Positions 39,128 to 49,168 of a stretch of 64,000 bases of DNA are shown here, piece by piece. Origin of the DNA: an uncultured delta proteobacterium (lineage in GTDB: Bacteria > Desulfobacterota > RBG-13-43-22). The stretch covers positions 672,001 to 736,000 of the forward strand of contig CAWBOS010000012.1 in the NCBI GenBank assembly GCA_963790475.1, read 5' to 3'. How positions within the stretch are numbered: position 1 is the first letter of the stretch; the number at the start of each line of letters is the position of its first letter. The translations under genes and the position numbers were made by a program. The notes beneath the pieces were generated by a model. That model did no database searches. It was not told the origin of the DNA and saw nothing but the letters and a program-made list of their open reading frames with translations.

Positions 39128-39325
39128 ATGATCGGTATTAATCAAGATTTAATAGTTATTTTGGTAATAGCCGCTTTTATCTTTGGGGCCAAAAAATTGC
39201 CTGAAATTGGAAAAGGCTTGGGAAAAGGAATCCAAGAATTTAAAAACGGACTTTCCGGTCAAGGGGAAGAAACACCATCCAAACCAAAGGAAGTTGAAAA
39301 AGACACCAAAGATGACAAGGGATAA
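39128..39325 (+). CDS. tatA: Twin-arginine translocase TatA/E subunit
   Basis: TM then [21 protein letters not shown]. Confidence 0.92.
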   Translation: MIGINQDLIVILVIAAFIFGAKKLPEIGKGLGKGIQEFKNGLSGQGEETPSKPKEVEKDTKDDKG

Positions 39326-39637
39326 AAATAGTTTTTTGGAGGTGACCATTGAAATAGGACTGGTTTCAATCCCAAGTTTCTTATTATGTTTACAAATTAA
39401 CCCAGCAGTTTGGGGGTTGGTAGGGGAGCATTATTTGTCGATTTTTAAAATTCTAATTTTGGTAATAGATCAAGGTGCAGCGGAGCTCCTGCCTATTTCC
39501 ACTTGATCCTCTCCTTTCCTTTTCATATATTCTTTCCATTTACAGCCAATAAGTTCTCGAATACCAGAATATTGAAGTCTTCTTACTGGCGTGATATATT
39601 GAATTATAGGCCAAAAACTATCCAGAGAGTTAAATTG

Positions 39638-40591
39638 ATGTCTCTACAGCAACGCAAAGAAAGAGTGGCAATATTATCAGTCGGTTCCAATTCTTTTCTA
39701 GTTCTATTTAAAATAATTGTCGGTATATTAATTGGCTCTGTTTCGATAATATCCGAAGCGATTCATTCAGGTATGGATTTGTTGGCTGCAATTATTGCCA
39801 CGTTTTCCGTGAAAACGTCCAGCATCCCCGCTGACGATGATCATCCCTTTGGCCACGGAAAAATAGAAAATATATCCGGTTTGGTGGAAGCAGCTCTTAT
39901 TTTTATCGCGGCCTTTTGGATTATATTTGAGGCACTGAAAAAAATTAGTTCTTCGCAAACATTGGATGCTCCGGAATGGGGGGTTGCCGTCATGCTCTTT
40001 TCCGGTATCATTAATTTTATTGTTTCCAGAAAACTCTTCCAAATAGGTAAGGAAGCCGATTCTATTGCTTTGCAAGCCGATGCCTGGCATTTACGCACGG
40101 ATGTATATACCTCGATGGGTGTAATGCTTAGCCTGGGAATAATTTGGGTCAGTCACGGCATTTTTACCGATCCAAAGATCCATTGGCTTGATCCGATTGC
40201 CGCTATATTTGTTGCTGTCATTATCTTGCGTGCAGCGTACGAATTAACTGCAAACTCTATTCGCGATTTAATGGATGTTAAGTTGCCGCCAGAAGAAGAG
40301 GATTGGATTCGCGGTGTAATTGTAAGCAGTCAGCCATCCCTTTATGGTTTTCATCAGTTAAGAACACGTAAAGCCGGGCATTTTCGTTTTATTGAATTTC
40401 ATATCAAAGTTAATTCGCAAATGTCGGTGTTTGATTCTCACAACATTACTAAAGGATTAAAATCAAGAATCAGGCAAAAATTTCTCGATTCTGTCATTAC
40501 AATTCATATTGAACCATGCGACGGTGAATGCGCAGACGCTTGTATTGCTGGGTGTTTGTTAGCTGAAGAGAAAAGGCCAAGACTTGCGTAA
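39638..40591 (+). CDS. Cation diffusion facilitator (FieF-like) transporter with Cys-rich tail
   Basis: SEAIHSGMD, HPFGHGKIE, ADAWHLRTD, HIEPC; start reassigned to ATG 39638. Confidence 0.9.
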   Translation: MSLQQRKERVAILSVGSNSFLVLFKIIVGILIGSVSIISEAIHSGMDLLAAIIATFSVKTSSIPADDDHPFGHGKIENISGLVEAALIFIAAFWIIFEALKKISSSQTLDAPEWGVAVMLFSGIINFIVSRKLFQIGKEADSIALQADAWHLRTDVYTSMGVMLSLGIIWVSHGIFTDPKIHWLDPIAAIFVAVIILRAAYELTANSIRDLMDVKLPPEEEDWIRGVIVSSQPSLYGFHQLRTRKAGHFRFIEFHIKVNSQMSVFDSHNITKGLKSRIRQKFLDSVITIHIEPCDGECADACIAGCLLAEEKRPRLA

Positions 40592-41009
40592 ATTTTTTAA
40601 GTGGTAGGGAAAATACATCGTTGTGACGCCGCAGGCCAAGGTATCGCGGGTTTTTACCCATTAAAAGGCATTATTGTTATTTGGTTCATCATGGTTTCGC
40701 AGTTTCCGGGGATCATTTGTGCGTTTGAGATATTCAATCGCCAGTCTAACGCATCCTCCCGGTGAGTCGTTTGAGAATCCAGGCCAGTAATCTCATAATT
40801 ACTATTCCAATGATAATCTTTAGTTCCTACTGTTTGATGCCCTTCATCATAAGGTAGGAGGCTTCCCCAAAAAAGATGGCCTCCGAGAGAAATAAATCGA
40901 TAGAATTGCACTATAAATCACCCATCTTCTGTCGGACTTGGTGAATAAGTTCAGATACCGTCCTGGGGTGGATATTGGACTAGAAAACGGGAATTACTAA
41001 GTCTTTTGA

Positions 41010-44000
41010 CTATTCTTCTATTTGAACAAATTTTAGTAGCAAAGGAAGGAACAGAAGCATCATGATCGTCCCGATCAACATGCCACTGACCACCACAATA
41101 GCTAGAGGCCTTTGGACTTGACTGCCGACCCCATGGGCCAACGAAGCCGGTAAGAGTCCCAAAGAAGCGACCAGGCCACCCATCAGGAGGGGCCTGAATT
41201 TATCCTTAATCGCCTCGAAGATGGCCTCATCTTTATTTAGGCCATGAATAACAAGATTGATAAAATGGGTGATCAAAATCGACGAATTGAGAATCGAAAC
41301 GCCGATGATGGAAATAAAACCTACTATGGATGAAACGTTCAGGGATTCACCAGTTATAAGGAGGCCTTCGAGACCACCAAAAATCGAAAACATTGCGACT
41401 GCCATGGTTATAAGGACGTTGTTAACCGAGCGATAACAGACGTAGAGGACCGTCAAGATGAGAAAAATCGAGATAGGGATTGAGACATAAAACCGCTTAA
41501 AGGACTCCTCCATCTCGTTGAACATGCCGCTCCACTTCATGAAATAACCATCGGGCATTTTTATTTTCGAGGTCTCCTTTTGGGCCTGTTCCACCGTTCC
41601 TCCAAGATCTTTGGAAGTAACGGTAAACTTTATCGGAATATACCTTCTGAACCCTTCCCTATAAATGAAGGATGCTCCGGTATCGTAATGCACATTGGCT
41701 ATACGGGAAAGAGCGACAAAGCCGCCGCCTGGCAAAATGAGAGGGATGCCGGCAATCTTGTCCGGGTCCTTTCTGTAACTCGAGGGAAAGCTCACAATGA
41801 GCGAAAAGTTCTTCTCTCCTTCAATGACCTTGCTGATGTCCTTTCCCCCGAGGGCTGCCGAAACCGTATCCAAAACGTCCTGGGTCGTCAGTCCCAAGGC
41901 TGAGGCATTTCCCTTGTTTACTTCGATTAAGAGATTGGGCTGCCCCAATTCTCTTAGTATCCCCTCATCTTCTATGCCCGGAATTTTCTCCAGCCCTTGT
42001 TTTACGGATTTCGCCAACCGGTCGAGCTCGCTCAGGTCATCGCCGAAGATCTTAACGGAGTTCTCTCCTTTAACCCCGGACATAATTTCTTCGAGGTTGT
42101 CCTGAATATATTGAGATACATTGATATCGGCATTAGGGAAGAGCTGTTTCAGTTTTTCCCGGGTATGGCCCTCCAGTTCTTCTTTGGACGCCCTGCTTTT
42201 CCACTGGTCGTAGGACTTCAGCAAAACCGTATATTCGGAATTGAAGGGACCATTAGGATTGGTGCCGTCTTCCGGCCTTCCTATCTTGAAATCGACGGTT
42301 TTCACTTCCGAAAAACCAAGCAGTAGATTTTTTACCTTTTTGGCATTTTCATAGGTTTTATCTAATGAAATCGAGTAGGGGAATATTATTCGGATATACA
42401 TATTACCTTCATCCATCTTGGGAATAAACTGGCTGCTGATGAATTTGAGGGCGATAATCGATCCGATAACCACAACGGCAAATATGATGCAAAGAACTCT
42501 TCGGTAGCCTCCGAGCAAAATTTTAACGATCTGGACATAGCGCCCCTTGAAGCGGGTAATGAATCCGAATTCCCGGTCCTCTGAATTTCTCAGGAAGAGT
42601 TTTTTAGAAGCGATGAGATAAGAAAAGGTTAGGGCAAGGGTAAAGATGATCGCATAGAGATAGGTCTTGGCCATGGGAGAAAAAATTTGGGCTTCCGCCC
42701 CTTTCATCATAAATATGGGGATAAAGGCGAGGAGAATAATCATCACCGAAAAAATCATCGGCCGGCCTATCTCCTCGGAGGCCCTTTCAATGGATTTGAA
42801 GCCAGTCCCAAATTTTTTGGAAAGCCGGAAATAATCCTCCATCAAAATCAGTGGAATATCAGCGATAATGCCGAAATCTATCGCTCCGATGGAGAGGAGA
42901 TTGGCCGATTCGCCCCTGACAGCCATAATGGCCAAAGTTATGATCAGGGATATGGGGATCACGCAGGCGGTAATAACCGCGGCCCTGACGTTTCCAAGGA
43001 ATAGAAAGAGGGCTATGGCCACCAGGGCGATACCCGTTGAGGCGGTTTCTATGACCTTTTTGATTACGGTGGTGATCAGGTCCCATCGCTCATAGTAGGG
43101 GACTACCTTTACTCCCTTGGGGAGAATCCGATCATTGAGTTCTTTGATCTTCTCATGGATCGATTTGATCGATGGGATACTCTTGGCATCTTTTCTCAGG
43201 ACGACGGTTCCCATGACGATATCATCCTTATCGTTCAAGGCGACTATCCCGGTCCTGGGGATATTTCCAATAGTGACTTGGGCAATGTTTCTAACCAGGA
43301 TCGCTTTTCCGTTTTTATAACCGATCAGTGAATCTTCGATGTCGCTGATATTCTTGATGAGACCCAGTCCCCTGACCATATAGTACTGGTCGCCCTTTTC
43401 AATCACACGTCCACCGACATTCAGGTTAGATTTCGACAGCGAATCCGTAACCTGTGAGAGGGTGATCCCATACTTAATCAGATTTTCCGGCTGAACGACC
43501 ACGTCGTAGGTTTTTATAAAGCCGCCTTCACTGGGGACATCTTCCACCCCATCGGCCGTCTTTAAGTATCTGGCCACGCTCCAGTCCTGCAGCGATCTCA
43601 GCTCCATAAGATTCTCCAAGCCTTCAAGGCTGTAGCGCATAACCTCTCCCATGGGATTGGGAATAATCGACGGTTGAATATTGTCAGGGAGGGTTACATT
43701 GGCCAGTCTGTTCAGGACTTCCTGTTTCGCTTGCCGGTAATTTGTAGCATAGGAAAATTTGCATTTGATATCCGAAAGCCCGTAAAGAGAGATGGAATTA
43801 ATCCGGTCCAGGCCTTCCATCCCGGCCAAAGCCACTTCTATGGGAACGGTCATCTGACGCTCAACCTCTTCCGCCGACCGGCCCTGAAAGATGGTCACGA
43901 TTTCGACGATCGGAGGAGCCGGGTCAGGGAAGGCCTCGACGTTTAAATTTCTTACAAGGAAAAGTGAGAGAAGAAAACCCGAGGCGATGAGGAGCAAAAC

Positions 44001-44042
44001 CAACAGACTGTGCTCCGTTACGAAAAGGACCCATTTTTTCAT
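41010..44042 (-). CDS. CusA/CzcA-family heavy-metal RND efflux permease
   Basis: EAFPD, AEEVERQMTVPIE, SLYGLS, NLLSIGAIDFGIIAD, GSQVQRPLAIVV. Confidence 0.92.
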   Translation of the reverse strand: MKKWVLFVTEHSLLVLLLIASGFLLSLFLVRNLNVEAFPDPAPPIVEIVTIFQGRSAEEVERQMTVPIEVALAGMEGLDRINSISLYGLSDIKCKFSYATNYRQAKQEVLNRLANVTLPDNIQPSIIPNPMGEVMRYSLEGLENLMELRSLQDWSVARYLKTADGVEDVPSEGGFIKTYDVVVQPENLIKYGITLSQVTDSLSKSNLNVGGRVIEKGDQYYMVRGLGLIKNISDIEDSLIGYKNGKAILVRNIAQVTIGNIPRTGIVALNDKDDIVMGTVVLRKDAKSIPSIKSIHEKIKELNDRILPKGVKVVPYYERWDLITTVIKKVIETASTGIALVAIALFLFLGNVRAAVITACVIPISLIITLAIMAVRGESANLLSIGAIDFGIIADIPLILMEDYFRLSKKFGTGFKSIERASEEIGRPMIFSVMIILLAFIPIFMMKGAEAQIFSPMAKTYLYAIIFTLALTFSYLIASKKLFLRNSEDREFGFITRFKGRYVQIVKILLGGYRRVLCIIFAVVVIGSIIALKFISSQFIPKMDEGNMYIRIIFPYSISLDKTYENAKKVKNLLLGFSEVKTVDFKIGRPEDGTNPNGPFNSEYTVLLKSYDQWKSRASKEELEGHTREKLKQLFPNADINVSQYIQDNLEEIMSGVKGENSVKIFGDDLSELDRLAKSVKQGLEKIPGIEDEGILRELGQPNLLIEVNKGNASALGLTTQDVLDTVSAALGGKDISKVIEGEKNFSLIVSFPSSYRKDPDKIAGIPLILPGGGFVALSRIANVHYDTGASFIYREGFRRYIPIKFTVTSKDLGGTVEQAQKETSKIKMPDGYFMKWSGMFNEMEESFKRFYVSIPISIFLILTVLYVCYRSVNNVLITMAVAMFSIFGGLEGLLITGESLNVSSIVGFISIIGVSILNSSILITHFINLVIHGLNKDEAIFEAIKDKFRPLLMGGLVASLGLLPASLAHGVGSQVQRPLAIVVVSGMLIGTIMMLLFLPLLLKFVQIEE

Positions 44043-45082
44043 GGTTTCTCCAGATCGATGGCTGAGTAGACGATTTCGTCTCCTTCGTCTAGGCCCTCAA
44101 CAGCCATGGTTCTATTGGAAATGTCTTCAATGGTCTTAATTTCTTTAAGTTCGATTTTCTCCCCTTCTTTTTTAAGGTATACGTAGAACTTGCCGTCTTT
44201 GTAAAGGCAGGCGGTCTTGGGGATTACCGGCAGGCTCTTTTCACTGTCGAGCATTTTTATTTTTAGGAACATGTTTTGTTTGAACAGGCTTCCCCCTTCC
44301 AAAATCCTTATATAAGCTTTTATTGTTTTTGTATCCTGGTCCTCCACATCGCTAATATAAAAGACTATTCCTTTAAAGTTCTTTTCAGGGAAGATGTCCG
44401 TCGAGAAAGTAACTTTCTTACCTTTCGGAATTTTTGGCAGATCCGTGTCATAGATATTGGCCACGACCATAACCCTCTGAGAATTGGCAATGACTATAAG
44501 AGGAGTGCTTGTATCAAAACGGTCGCCGATATGGGCCTGGATGTCCACGACATGTCCATCAATCGGGGCCTTGATGATGAACTGGCCATGCACAGCTTCT
44601 TCGGATGATGCGCCGTAGATGTCGAGTTTCTTCTTCAACCCGCTGGATAGGGCTTTGGCCTGTTCATAACTCGCCTCGCTGTTGAAAAGGTCGTTTCGGG
44701 CGATTGCCCCGACTTCAAAAAGTCCTTTATTGAGATGGTAGATTCGTTCAGCTTGTTTGAGCTGAGAAAGTGTCGATAAATAACTGGTATAAGTGTCGCT
44801 GGCTTCCGAACTCCTGAGCATGGCCAGAGGCGTTCCCTTTTTTACCGCTTCCCCAATTTTTATGAAAATCCTTTCGACAACCCCCTGGAGAGGCGAGACG
44901 ATCTTCGCGCCTCCTTCGAGGTCGGGTTGGATCGTGCCGGTCATTTCTATATAAGACTGTATTTTTTCAGACGTTACCTTATAGGTTTGCAATTGCCTTT
45001 TGAATTCAGTTCGGGGGGGATCTCCCTGGCTGCACCCATAGAGCGTTATGGCCAATATCACGCCTATAGCCGTATTTCTCAC
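44039..45082 (-). CDS. RND periplasmic adaptor subunit (CzcB-like lipoprotein)
   Basis: Lipobox LYG-C, IKAPIDGHV, VVANIYD; overlaps flanking genes. Confidence 0.88.
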   Translation of the reverse strand: MRNTAIGVILAITLYGCSQGDPPRTEFKRQLQTYKVTSEKIQSYIEMTGTIQPDLEGGAKIVSPLQGVVERIFIKIGEAVKKGTPLAMLRSSEASDTYTSYLSTLSQLKQAERIYHLNKGLFEVGAIARNDLFNSEASYEQAKALSSGLKKKLDIYGASSEEAVHGQFIIKAPIDGHVVDIQAHIGDRFDTSTPLIVIANSQRVMVVANIYDTDLPKIPKGKKVTFSTDIFPEKNFKGIVFYISDVEDQDTKTIKAYIRILEGGSLFKQNMFLKIKMLDSEKSLPVIPKTACLYKDGKFYVYLKKEGEKIELKEIKTIEDISNRTMAVEGLDEGDEIVYSAIDLEKP

Positions 45083-46335
45083 CTTAACTCTCCCGTGTAA
45101 ACCTTTAAAAGGTTCCCATTTAGATTGGCTTGCACCAGCGACTGGTTGTATTTTGACATAAAATTCCTATAGGCTTTTTCCGTGTCGAGCAAGTCGAGCA
45201 CCGTGAGCCCGCCAAGCGAAAAGGCCTTTTCACTCTCCTCCATTAGTTTTTCCATATCTTTTTTCCTGCTTCCATAAGCCCCAAACACCTTTTTCGATGC
45301 CTCAAAATTGTTTAGGGACTGGCGAACATCTGAGAGAATCTGCCGCTTCACCTTATCCCTTTGGATTTCGAGTTGGTGGTATTCGGCCTTTTTTTTGGCG
45401 ATTTCCCCCTGATTTCTGTTGAACAGAGGGAGGGGTATGCTGAAACCGAGGCCTGCACCGGGATCATTTTTTGGTCCTATGGTGTCGAACTCAGCCCCGA
45501 AGGTGATGTCGGGTATCCTCTGGGCTCTGGCCAGTTGTTGGTTCAGGGCCGAGGCCTTTAGCTGTCTTTCAATCGATAGAAGATCGAAGCGATATTGATA
45601 GGCCTGTTGGAGAAGGTCTTTCTCGGTTTGGTCATTGAATCCTTCGATGATATGAAGAGCCGGTTTTACCGGTGAGGCCTTCCCTAACAGCATACTGAAT
45701 TGTTCAACGTCGTTCCGGAGCTGGGCCTCAAGGCTGAAGAGGTTGTTTTCCAGGTCGATCCTGGCCAGCTTCAGTTTCGTATAATCAACTAAAGACAAAA
45801 AACCTGCCTGGAACCTCTTCTCCCCGATCATCAGCGTTTTATCGAATCGCTTCAGCTCGTCTCGGGCCAATTCCGTATTGAGCAAGTCGGTATTGATATT
45901 GAAAAAAAGCGTATAAAATCCGATAAGAAGCGTCCTGACTGTGTCTTTTTGGGATAATTTTATAGCTTCAAGGGCTTCTGACGAAGCACCGGATCTCAAC
46001 TCCCTTTTCCCTCCCGGTTCGATTAACTGGTCGATTCGGGTAACCGTTTGTGTATTATCAGTAGCTTTTGGGAATCCATCAAATCCGATAAAGCTATAAT
46101 TAAAGCTCAAGTTCGGATTGGGTAATAGACGCGATCCTACATAGTCCCCATAGGCCTTATCGATCTCATATTTGCTTATCAGGACGTCGTAGTTGTTTTT
46201 ATAAAATAAATCCAGGGCATAAGAAAGACTGACTTCTTCATCCGCTGCAAGAGCCTGAAAGGAAGAAAGGACCGTCAAGGCCAGGAATACCGCCAGAAAA
46301 AAAACAGATCTCAATAAAAGCTCTTTAAGCCTCAT
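45079..46335 (-). CDS. TolC/CzcC-family outer membrane factor
   Basis: Signal peptide, LPNPNLS, IPLPLFNRNQGEI, TVLDLLD. Confidence 0.9.
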   Translation of the reverse strand: MRLKELLLRSVFFLAVFLALTVLSSFQALAADEEVSLSYALDLFYKNNYDVLISKYEIDKAYGDYVGSRLLPNPNLSFNYSFIGFDGFPKATDNTQTVTRIDQLIEPGGKRELRSGASSEALEAIKLSQKDTVRTLLIGFYTLFFNINTDLLNTELARDELKRFDKTLMIGEKRFQAGFLSLVDYTKLKLARIDLENNLFSLEAQLRNDVEQFSMLLGKASPVKPALHIIEGFNDQTEKDLLQQAYQYRFDLLSIERQLKASALNQQLARAQRIPDITFGAEFDTIGPKNDPGAGLGFSIPLPLFNRNQGEIAKKKAEYHQLEIQRDKVKRQILSDVRQSLNNFEASKKVFGAYGSRKKDMEKLMEESEKAFSLGGLTVLDLLDTEKAYRNFMSKYNQSLVQANLNGNLLKVYTGELR

Positions 46336-46404
46336 CTCAAAGATATCCTTTGCGATATTTTATTAATAATAATCATTTCGCGGCTATCCCCTTTATTATT
46401 CTCC

Positions 46405-47001
46405 TTATTTTTCAGGTATCCGCTCGTTGTTTAAAAACACTTTGAATCCAATTATGCCTTTCAAATAGTTTTGATTGGCAGATTGGTATCTCCGATAGAT
46501 CGGTTTGAGTTCAAGATTACAGGGCTTCCCCTCCTTGCATGTTATTTCAAATTTTATTCTATAATCATCCCCCGGCAAACCAAAGAATACCCTATGAACC
46601 CCTTCTTTCAGTCTGATCCTTTTCTCCAGGATATATTTCACCCCTTCACCACAATCTGGGATATTTTCCCTCGAATTACATTTATGGTCATTTTCCTTTT
46701 TCCCCGGCGCTTCCCATATAATGGCTTGGCCGTCTATGTTAAATAAAAAAGGATAGCGAGGCTTCCCGTGTAACGAATTCTTTGATTCTAAGAAATACCA
46801 ACCTTCGGGATGCGTCTTAATCTGGGCCTTGACTGTTAAATCGACCAGACCTTCTTGTGGTGTCTCTTCGCCTTCAATCTCGTAAAAAACGCCTGTCCTC
46901 TCACTGAGTGATTGCTTTACTATCTCTTTTGATGCAATGATATCACACCCAACAAGAGTGATAACTATCCCAATAAACAGCAACACCGGCATTTTTTTCA
47001 T
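46405..47001 (-). CDS. Hypothetical lipoprotein heading the RND operon
   Basis: SD GGAGGAG, lipobox LVG-C, 198-aa ORF. Confidence 0.75.
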   Translation of the reverse strand: MKKMPVLLFIGIVITLVGCDIIASKEIVKQSLSERTGVFYEIEGEETPQEGLVDLTVKAQIKTHPEGWYFLESKNSLHGKPRYPFLFNIDGQAIIWEAPGKKENDHKCNSRENIPDCGEGVKYILEKRIRLKEGVHRVFFGLPGDDYRIKFEITCKEGKPCNLELKPIYRRYQSANQNYLKGIIGFKVFLNNERIPEK

Positions 47002-47688
47002 AACTCCTCCAAAAGAGATAAGAGTTTAGACCGGACAATCTGAGCAATAAAAAAGCTACCGTTTAAGCCTCCCACGCAACAAACATCCCCGAACGCATCA
47101 AACGACCGGGATCGTCAAGTTCGAGGTGTTCCATCTCGATTATATTGGATTGGATGATTTGATGCTCTTCTTCTGTGAATCTCCGGGCGTTTTCGAACCT
47201 GCAGAATGGCAACCAGTTCCTGAAGCGACAAATAGGGAAAGCCAGCACCGACAGAAGATCTGCTTGACAGGCCGTCGCACAAACGCACCCGTAATTGACG
47301 AGCAAGAACCGAGAAGCAATGATGATTTGATTGTTTATTTATAGCTGTTCGTTATGAATCATTATTTGGGATTCTAAGCTATGGTTCTGAAACCAGGTAA
47401 AGTTGCTGGCCAAAGGGCTTAGCAATTTCTTCTACACACCTTCCTCGAAATCATCGGGCATTGCTTCATCTCGCCTTCATCCTGGATCCGGGTTTCTAAC
47501 GAAAAGTCTTCCAATTCTATTTTTGCTATTATAACTAATAAAACTTACATCAAGTTTTCCTTTAGTCCACTAACCCACATTACCTATGAAAAAGTTGTGC
47601 AAGATGTTTTTGGTCCTTTTTTTCTATTGATCAAAGAGCTGACAAACTCGCTTTAAAAGCGAAGTTGATTATTCAACGTTAGTTCCTT

Positions 47689-47705
47689 CGCAAAAAGAAT
47701 GCCAC
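47689..47705 (-). promoter_or_regulatory. Sigma-54 (-24/-12) promoter
   Basis: Minus strand TGGCATTCTTTTTGCG (GG-N10-GC), preceded by an AT-rich IHF-like tract, right after an NtrC-family gene. Confidence 0.7.
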
Positions 47706-47803
47706 GATATAACCAACTAAATTAACTGAAATATTAAAAACTTAGAGGTGGGATCCGTGCAAGAATTGTATACGTTAATTGAATGTTTTAAAAAAATGGG
47801 GGA

Positions 47804-49168
47804 TCAAATTTGCGGATTATGTATCTTGAGTTTGTAATGCAAAGTCCTTACCGATATGCCGAGTATTTTTGCTGCCTCGGTTTTGTTATTGGTGGCTAAA
47901 GCCAAGGCATGGATTAAGTATTTTTTTTCAAGATTTTCCATTGCTTCTGTGAAAGGCAGCGAATAGTCAACAGCATCCTCTGCTGGAGGAATTTTTTCAG
48001 ATTTGGTTTGGAAAGTGGTAATATCGTCATCAAGAATATCCCCCGTAGCAACGGCAACAGCCCTGTTGATATACCATTTGAGTTCCCTGATGTTGCCTGG
48101 CCAATCATGGGATACCAAAATCTCCATGGTCCGAGAAGTCACACCCCGAATCTGTTTTTTGTAAGCGTAGTTTGCTTCTTTTATGAATGCTGAGACAAAT
48201 AGTGGGATATCATCCCGGCGCTCACGTAGAGGTGGTAGTTCGAAGGCTATGCCGTTAATTCGGTAAAAGAGGTCTCTGCGGAACGAGCTGGCAGGATCGG
48301 CGAGATCACTGTTAGTGGCGGAGATAAGCCTGAAGTTTACCTGCCTTTCCCTAGTGTCCCCAAGCTTGTAATAGACACCATTTTCCAGAACTCTAAGGAA
48401 TTTCGACTGAACGGTTTCCGGTAATGCGCTGATCTCATCGAGGAAGAGTGTCCCACCGTCAGCCTTCTCCACAAGCCCTTCTTTGGTGGCAGCAGCCCCG
48501 GAAAATGCTCCTTTCACATAACCAAACAGTTCGCTCTCCAGGATGTCCTTCGGCAGTGCTGCGCAGTTGATGGCCACCATCTCACCTCCTTGGCCGGAAA
48601 GGGCATGGATCCACTTGGCCAGTTTTTCTTTCCCTGTGCCGGTCTCGCCACTGATGAAAACCGGAATATCGAGAGGAGCGATCATTGACACTCTGTCGAT
48701 GATCGGCTTCATCGTTCCAGTTCCCGAGGTGATGAAGGGGGTTGCGATTATCTTGAGCTCTTTATCCAGTATATCTATCTTTTTCTGGAGTAACTGGTTT
48801 TCCAGATAAACGGTCATCTCCCGTTTGAGCTTTTCTACATCGAAAGGCTTAACGAAATACTCGACAGCCCCTTCCTTCAGGGCCCTCACGGCGCTGTCCA
48901 CGGTGGCGTAAGCGGTCATGATGAATACCACCGGTATCCGCCCGCACAATTTTAGCTCCTGTAGGAATTCCACCCCGTTTCCATCGGGAAGCCTGATGTC
49001 GAGCAAAATGCCATCCGGAACTTTCTTGTTCACATATTCTCTGGCCGCAGCGAGTGAGCTGGCCCCTGAGACATCGAAAGTATCCTCGATGGCCATTTCA
49101 AGGGACTCCCGGAAGTTGTCTTCATCATCCACGACCAGGACAGAAGATTTTTGCTTATACTTATTCAT
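47804..49168 (-). CDS. Sigma-54-dependent NtrC-family response regulator
   Basis: REC (VVDDE, LLDIRLPD), GETGTGKE, ESELFG..GAFSGA, FLDEI, WPGNIREL, Fis HTH. Confidence 0.93.
   Translation of the reverse strand: MNKYKQKSSVLVVDDEDNFRESLEMAIEDTFDVSGASSLAAAREYVNKKVPDGILLDIRLPDGNGVEFLQELKLCGRIPVVFIMTAYATVDSAVRALKEGAVEYFVKPFDVEKLKREMTVYLENQLLQKKIDILDKELKIIATPFITSGTGTMKPIIDRVSMIAPLDIPVFISGETGTGKEKLAKWIHALSGQGGEMVAINCAALPKDILESELFGYVKGAFSGAAATKEGLVEKADGGTLFLDEISALPETVQSKFLRVLENGVYYKLGDTRERQVNFRLISATNSDLADPASSFRRDLFYRINGIAFELPPLRERRDDIPLFVSAFIKEANYAYKKQIRGVTSRTMEILVSHDWPGNIRELKWYINRAVAVATGDILDDDITTFQTKSEKIPPAEDAVDYSLPFTEAMENLEKKYLIHALALATNNKTEAAKILGISVRTLHYKLKIHNPQI

Noticed and set aside
40654-40911. 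85-aa minus-strand ORF after the RND permease
   Set aside because: No recognisable motif or SD; probably degraded sequence.
46355-46382. Fur-box-like AT-rich motif before the TolC gene (also near 50730)
   Set aside because: Too many mismatches within generally AT-rich DNA.
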